This document shows positions 56,706 to 64,000 of a DNA stretch of 64,000 bases, piece by piece. The notes under the pieces were generated by a model. That model worked only from the letters and a program-made list of their open reading frames with translations. It had not been told where the DNA came from and searched no databases. The DNA is from Eledone cirrhosa. Lineage: Eukaryota. The stretch lies in assembly GCA_964016885.1 (NCBI GenBank), contig OZ024750.1, positions 21,514,001-21,578,000 of the forward strand, in the 5' to 3' direction. A program made the position numbers and the translations under genes. Within the stretch, counting starts at the first letter, position 1, and the number at the start of each line of letters is the position of its first letter.

Positions 56706-57510
56706 TTTTATTATGATTTCTAAGTTAGACACAATACCAGCAATTTTGGTACTTGACTGATCCTTACATTATAAACGCCGTATGGGTAAAGGGCAAAGTT
56801 GCTGTTGACAGGATATTAACTGGCAAAGTGAAGAGTCAGAAATTCGGCATTTTATATATTAGCTAAATTGTTCCTGTAATGTCATTTCATTGCTCGCTCT
56901 TGTGGTAAATAGAATTATATCTACAGGGCCGCTCTACAGACCAATTTGATCATTCGGTCATTCGATCATTCCAACGCATTCTCAGCGTGTGTAAAATCTC
57001 TTTTATCTCTTCTCTCCTTACTTCTCTTTCTGACTACAAATAATTGCAGAGTGGAAATATAAGCTGGCTGACACTTTTAACGTTTATTACATTTAATTTA
57101 TGTGTTCAATGTTTTACTATAGTATTATTATAGCGAAATTATATGTAAGAATTATAGACTCATGAAACGAGCTTGTACAGAAGTCTATACCATGGCTAGC
57201 TTTAATAGCACGTCAATGTCAATCTTTCACTGATACAAATTAATTCAAAAGTTGCCTCCTAACCTAAAAGATATAGAATTGTCTTCATATTTCTGATTAA
57301 AATGTTTTCTCTTTTCATCTAGGTTACTTTCTTCTTCTTTCTTCTTCGCACAAATACGCTCTGGCTGATTCAAACACACGCACGCACATGAACACACACA
57401 CACACACAGACACGAACGCACATATATATATGTGTATGTATATATTAATACATATATGTGTGTGTGTGTGTGCGTGAGTGTGTGTGTATGTGTATTTGTA
57501 TATATATATA

Positions 57511-57570
<60 letters not shown>

Positions 57571-57646
57571 TGTATATATATAGAGAGAGAGAAAGAGAGA
57601 GTGTGTATATATATATATATAGAGTGTATATATATATATATATATA

Positions 57647-58190
57647 GGGCGGGTAAAATTCCCGAGATCCATGGATGAGTTCTCTCCAGCGGTCTCTCTC
57701 CCTCATTATCGCTGCCATGTCCTGCGTCTCCAACATACCAGTGTCTGTTCTTAGAGTATCAACATATGTTAATCTCGGTGTTCCTCTTCCAGTGCGTCCA
57801 TGTAGGGGCTCCCACAGGGGCACTGAGTTCAATGTCAACTCTGGATGTCGGTGAGCATGTACAGCTAACCTCAGTCTCCGCTGTGTCACTTTTGAGCTGA
57901 TGCTTGGGAGGCTCCCATACAGCTCTGAATTTGTCATCCCCAGTGTATACTGATTAATGTTCAGAGCCATCCTCAGCATTCTCGTGTAGCACACATCCAC
58001 CATCTGAGTGAGTTTCTTGGACAGTGTCCAAGTCTCAGACCCGTACAGCAGCACAGACTCCACTACAGCAATGTATTTGGGAGCAAAGATTGGGAATACG
58101 GAAGATGATGTGTTTGAGAGGAAGAGCAAAACCTGGGCGGCGTGCCACAGCTTGAGATCGGTGTGGAAGTCGGACCTTCGTAAAGACCTG

Positions 58191-58192
<2 letters not shown>
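57647..58192 (-). mobile_element. RTE-type LINE 3' fragment with an inverted 5' segment
   Basis: Minus strand: [16 protein letters not shown]...RMLR...RRLRLAVH...LWEP...GR...TYVD...DR.RWR. The segment ~58072-58192 reads YLGAKI...W...L..VWKSDL on the + strand. Confidence 0.85.
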
Positions 58193-58226
<34 letters not shown>

Positions 58227-58240
58227 TATATATATATATA

Positions 58241-58290
<50 letters not shown>

Positions 58291-58384
58291 TATATATACA
58301 TGGTGTATATTTATAGTGTATATATATTTATATCTATATATATATATATATATTTAGTTTTTATATATATCTATCTCTATATAT

Positions 58385-58441
<57 letters not shown>

Positions 58442-58462
58442 TATATATATATATATATATAT

Positions 58463-58499
<37 letters not shown>

Positions 58500-58647
58500 T
58501 ATATATATATATATATAGTTTATATATATAAATATATATATATAATGTATATATATATAGTATATATATATAGTGTATATATAGAGTGTGTGTATATATA
58601 TATATATAGTGTGTATATATATATATATATAGTGTATATATATATGT

Positions 58648-58898
58648 GTCTTTGCTCACTATAAAAGCTTCACGGCACAGGCATTGCTTTATATCTGGAG
58701 ATCTCTCTGCACTTGTCGTCACATGGTACCATGGGCCCAGCACTGTGTGTCAATCATTGTCACAGGTGTAGTGTTTGTACTAGAGTTTTCAAGTCGCTGG
58801 CTGGATTGAAAAGTCACACTCGTTCAGCGCATCGGTAGGGGTTCTCCTACATGGATATAAAGTGGTGGCCGTACTCGAAAACGAGTTGGCAGCCACCA
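58648..58898 (+). mobile_element. 5'-truncated copy of the bipartite RTE-derived element
   Basis: Matches 39685-39933 and ends gagttggcagccacca. Confidence 0.8.
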
Positions 58899-59172
58899 TA
58901 GTGTATATATATATATAGTGTATATATATATAAATAGTGTGTGTGTATATATATATAGTGTATATATATATATATAGTGTGTGTGTGTATATATATATAT
59001 AGTGTATATATATATATATATATATAGTGTGTGTGTATATATATATATATATATAGTGTGGTGTATATATATAGTGTATATATATGTAAGTATAAATATA
59101 TGTGTGTGTGTGCATATATATATATGTATATATGTATATCTATATATCTATCTATATATACATATATGTAAG

Positions 59173-59213
<41 letters not shown>

Positions 59214-59234
59214 ACATATATATATGTATATAAG

Positions 59235-59271
<37 letters not shown>

Positions 59272-59354
59272 ATATGTGTGTGTGCATATATATGTATATT
59301 TATATATATATATATACATATATGTATTTATATATGTGTGTGTGTGCATATATG

Positions 59355-59398
<44 letters not shown>

Positions 59399-60194
59399 CA
59401 TACATATATATATACATATATGCACATATATATGTGTGTGCATATATATATATATATATAAATATATATATATTTTAATTCACTCTCAAACACGCGCACA
59501 TATATACATATGTGTGTGTGTGAGTGTGTGCGCGTGTATGTGATTGAATTAAAATATTTATATATTTATATTTATATATGTGTGTGTTATGGATACTTGT
59601 ATGGTTGTTATTTCTCTTTTCTCTTAACAAGAACATAGAATTCCTCTCTTGTCTGCCACTTACTTATCTAAGTATGTTAATAAATAATTCTTTGTTGCTA
59701 GTAATCTTTTGTTTTTAGTCAGCTTTGCTTTATTCATAGAATTGACTTGAATGATATCATTCCTAACTAAGCCTTAGAGATTCGGATATTAGCCAGATAC
59801 TTTGGAATTTCCCTTCACAAGCACCATAGGTCACGTTATTCAGTTATATATTCAAAATATCCAAATATAACCTTTAGCAGTCTTGAGCCTAGATTAATGT
59901 AACTGAATTAATTGGATGGTAATATAAGCTGATGTTACCAACTCGTAAAGTCGGCTATCTCATTTAGACGGCTTTACAAAGGTGATATACGCTGAATTGT
60001 GGATTCAGATGGCAAGTGTTCCAGTTGATTCGATCAACGAAACAGTCTGATCGCAAGATTACCGTGCGAATGGCTGAATATTCTATAGATATATCTGCTG
60101 TGAATTTGTTGCTCAAGGTAACGCAGTGAATAACAAGACTGGCCCTTTGAAATACAGGCATAACTCATTTTTGCCATCTGAGTGGAATGAAATA

Positions 60195-60406
60195 ATGGTT
60201 TCTTATATAGGCACAAGGCCAGCAATTTTCGCGGGGAGGGGAAAGTCGATTAAATCAATCCCTGTGCCTGACTGCTACCTTATTTTATTGACCACGTAAG
60301 GATGAAAGGCAAAGTTAACCTCGGCGGGATTTGAACTCAGATCATAAAGAGCCGTAACTCTATCCTTCAAAGCCGACCCTCTGCTGATACTGCCAATCCA
60401 CCGCCC
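60195..60406 (-). mobile_element. Octopod SINE
   Basis: Family consensus; TSD gtggaatgaaata. Confidence 0.8.
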
Positions 60407-61212
60407 TTTGGGTGGAATGAAATACTATAAAGTAAAGTGTTTTGCTCGCACAAGGCTTCCTCGGTAATCAGACATACGGTCTTACGATCATAGCGGCACA
60501 CACTAACAACTAAGCCACGTACCTTCAAATACTGGTTCTTCTGAAAGACAGACCATACCTTTCCATGATATATGGATGTTAATGCTACGTACAATGCATA
60601 TTTCATTGTACCTTTCTATAACTATTTATGTGCGTAGATTTGTGTTTGTATGTGCAATTATATTTGTATTTTTCTCTGTGTATGTCCGTAGTTTTGTGTG
60701 TCTGAATGTATGTGTTTCAGGAGACGGATTAAAATGCCTTCGTGTTTGTTTTGGTTCACAAAACCCTATGGTGAAATGCTGCCAAATTATACTTTAGCTG
60801 TCATCCTCATGTTTCTGGACACCGTGCAGAATGAAAAACAAAACCCGAAGAAGGGCATAGGACCACGAGGGAGTGAACTGCCATCACCCAAAATTTATAA
60901 ATGAGTAGACAGAGTTTTTAGGAGAAAGATCACTCTAATTTCAAAAGCGGAGTAGATGTAACTCCTTAGTCACCTTGGTGACAACCTTTCAAGAGTCCAA
61001 CGGTTTCATCCTTGCGAAAAAGTCGAATGAGTTGCGGCTCCTTTCTCAGCTTCCGAAGAATGGTCGGAGGATTATTCAGGACACACCGACGTCTCTTTTT
61101 TTTACTCCGATTAAAATTCTGGACACAGCGTATCATAGAAATGAGCTTTAATGTAATTATGCATAGCCTTTGACCCCCAGTAGTGAGGATAGGATGATAC
61201 CAGAGGCTAAAC

Positions 61213-61249
<37 letters not shown>

Positions 61250-61474
61250 CTGATGGTAGCTATGATGCTTCCATAGGCGGTATGCCGGTTGAGCACTCTA
61301 TGCTCTTACAGAGCGAGAATATGGTCCGAAATCATTAGACGTGTCCGTCGAACCTGCGTGCGGGCCCAGAATCAGACAGATCCACACAATGATCGCGTCT
61401 CGAGCTGTCCGCCGGCGAAACAATTGTAACACACAATAAATTGAGTTCAGATGCATCACTGATTTTTCGTTTTC

Positions 61475-61527
<53 letters not shown>

Positions 61528-61588
61528 CTTGATCACCTTACCCGACCAGTCTGTCGGGCGCCATTCGGCGCCGCTGGTCATATATATA

Positions 61589-61632
<44 letters not shown>

Positions 61633-61783
61633 CATCTATATAATGTTATATGTGTGTCTATGCTAGTGTAAAGGATATAATTTCGTTCCTATCCAGGAAA
61701 TATATACGCATATATGTGCAAGTATATATTTGTAATTATTTGGATATATACAAAATCATACATAAACACGCACACTCCGCACA

Positions 61784-61853
<70 letters not shown>

Positions 61854-62496
61854 TGTGTGTGTGTGTGTGTGCATTCAATTCTTTTTTATATGAATCTTTT
61901 CTCGGTTATATATTCAATAAAGTACAACATACAATATCCCTGTACATAATATAAAAACATATACATTCATAAATATATATACATTTATATACATATATGC
62001 ATACACACACACAAATGTATTGTATACTAACGATCATAACCTTAATGTATGAAGAAAGTATATTTTTAGTTGGGTCAATCGGATTATAGCCTTTTTCTTA
62101 TTATTATTCTAAGATTTGTATAATCTTTGATATTCTGATTAGCATTCGATCATAAATCACCTAACTTTTCTATAAAAGTCTGATCAGCAATTTCCCATCA
62201 TCGAGCGCTTTTGTTCTTTGCTGTATCTTTACAATGCATCGGTTCTTTGGGATTGATTGATGCACTGTTCCATATGATAAAAAAGAAAGATATTTAGAAC
62301 GATAGATAGATTGATTGATGGACAGGCCTTTATCTTGTATATATTTATGTTTATGTATATTATATAAATATATCTGTGTGTGTGTATAGAAATTGTGCAT
62401 GTATGTTTATATTTATATTTATTTATATGCTTATCTATATGTGGGTGTTTATATATATATATACTTCACTATCGAGAGAAGATGATTGGTGTACGG

Positions 62497-62563
<67 letters not shown>

Positions 62564-63213
62564 GACTGAATGGGTAGGTTCAATGATATTACTTTACGTC
62601 CATATAGCGACAAACATTGATGTATGTGCTTTATGTATAGATTTACCACTCCATTAAGAATTGGAGTAGAAAAATATATATTAGCTTCATACGATATGAT
62701 TATCTTATAAAAGAACGTGTTATACGGTGGGATTTGTGTCATGTTTCGTTATTCTTTTATGCACATATTCTATTATTATAACTAATCCTGGAATTAGTTC
62801 TTAAGATTGTATCCTACATTATGCGAAGAATTTCCTCAGAATATTGTCAGGTTTCGAAAAAAAATTAGTTTCAATCTGTGTAACACTCTTTCTGTTAGTT
62901 GCCCTTAACACCACCACTTGAAACTTGGCTTGCATTTGCGGTTTGATGATACTTTCAAAGCATCCTCCCACATGTCTCCGTAGAAAACCACCGAAAGGAC
63001 TCTGAGAACCATCGGTTCCTCCTTGACTAAACTGTGAAAATGAAAACAAACATTCAGCAAGTTCAGAAGATGGGGACCAATTTGAGTTGTGATACATGGA
63101 AAAGGGCACATGAACAATGCTGGACTACCGGTATCGGTTTATAGGTTGTCAAACTGATGGTTCACCAAACATTTAGAAAGTCAAAATATATTCGTCACCA
63201 TTCCAATAAATAT

Positions 63214-63401
63214 AATTGTTTCTACTTTTGGCACAAGGCCAGCAATTACCTAGTACATTACTGGTACTTTATTTTATCGACCCCATAAGGATGAAAGGCA
63301 AAGTTAACTTCGGCGGGATTTGAACTCAGACTGTAAAGGGACGTAACTATGCTAGAAAGCATGGCGTCCAGCCCTCTATCGATACTGCCAATTCACCGCC
63401 C
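63214..63401 (-). mobile_element. Octopod SINE
   Basis: Family consensus; TSD ccattccaataaatataat. Confidence 0.85.
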
Positions 63402-64000
63402 TTTATTCAACCATTCCAATAAATATAATAATAGTTGAATAAATCGGGTAAAGTAGCCCTGGAGACGGGAAAAATAGACGAAGCACTTATAGGGATTCGA
63501 ACTATGATTTTTCGTTCGATTTCTCGCTGGGGTCTCTGTCCGCATTTTCCGACACCCGAGTGTACTTTACTCGATTTTTTCAACTATTATTATATTTATT
63601 TGCATTGTAGACAAGATATATTCAAATTTCCCAAACCATGTGTATAATGTATTTTACTTGCACATATGCCCCATTAAACATAGATTTAACTATTAAAACC
63701 AAATATTGTTCAATATTAACTACTGTGTTTTAGTAATTAGACCCACTGAACTTCCAACTCGTAATTTTAAGTGTATGTGGTCGATTATTCCACAGAGACG
63801 TGTACGCTTAACGTAAATCCCAATTCGAATTAAAGTGGCACAATACGTGGTAAGACTGGACCTTTCAGTTACAGATAAAGTCCATCCTACTGACTTCTAA
63901 ACTATTTCCGCCTCGCCAGTTTCTCTCACATGGCTTGAGGCGATTTGAAACAATTTCAGTGACACTTACTCGAAGCAAACTACTTCACCACTCACCTATA

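Noticed and set aside
56925-56990. Candidate next NMDAR exon after tctacag
   Set aside because: The translation shows no recognisable NR2 similarity and the splice signals are weak.

Overview
This is AT-rich animal genomic DNA saturated with microsatellites. It is very probably from an octopod cephalopod, because it carries about 20 copies of an octopus-type tRNA-derived SINE. I recognise only one host coding exon: 38925-39139 (+), which encodes part of the amino-terminal domain of an NMDA-receptor GluN2/Nmdar2-like subunit, so most of the window is probably giant intron. The rest is retroelements: a young Penelope-like element (PLE, Naiad-type; RT + GIY-YIG), a decayed PLE, a Tx1/L1 LINE, two R4/Dong-type LINE 3' ends, an RTE-type LINE with a 5' inversion, bipartite non-autonomous RTE elements, and SINEs. 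The most notable signal is a set of short non-coding inserts sitting in (TA)n tracts. They carry about 10 type I hammerhead ribozyme (HHR) motifs from about 8 different sequence families, many as head-to-head fold-backs or partial tandem monomers (320 and 589 nt). Two unrelated families share a compensatory U3-A8 catalytic core. All ribozyme calls come from manual motif and pairing inspection; none were folded or tested. Repeat coordinates are approximate to within a few nt. Nearly all ORFs in the supplied track are microsatellite artefacts.
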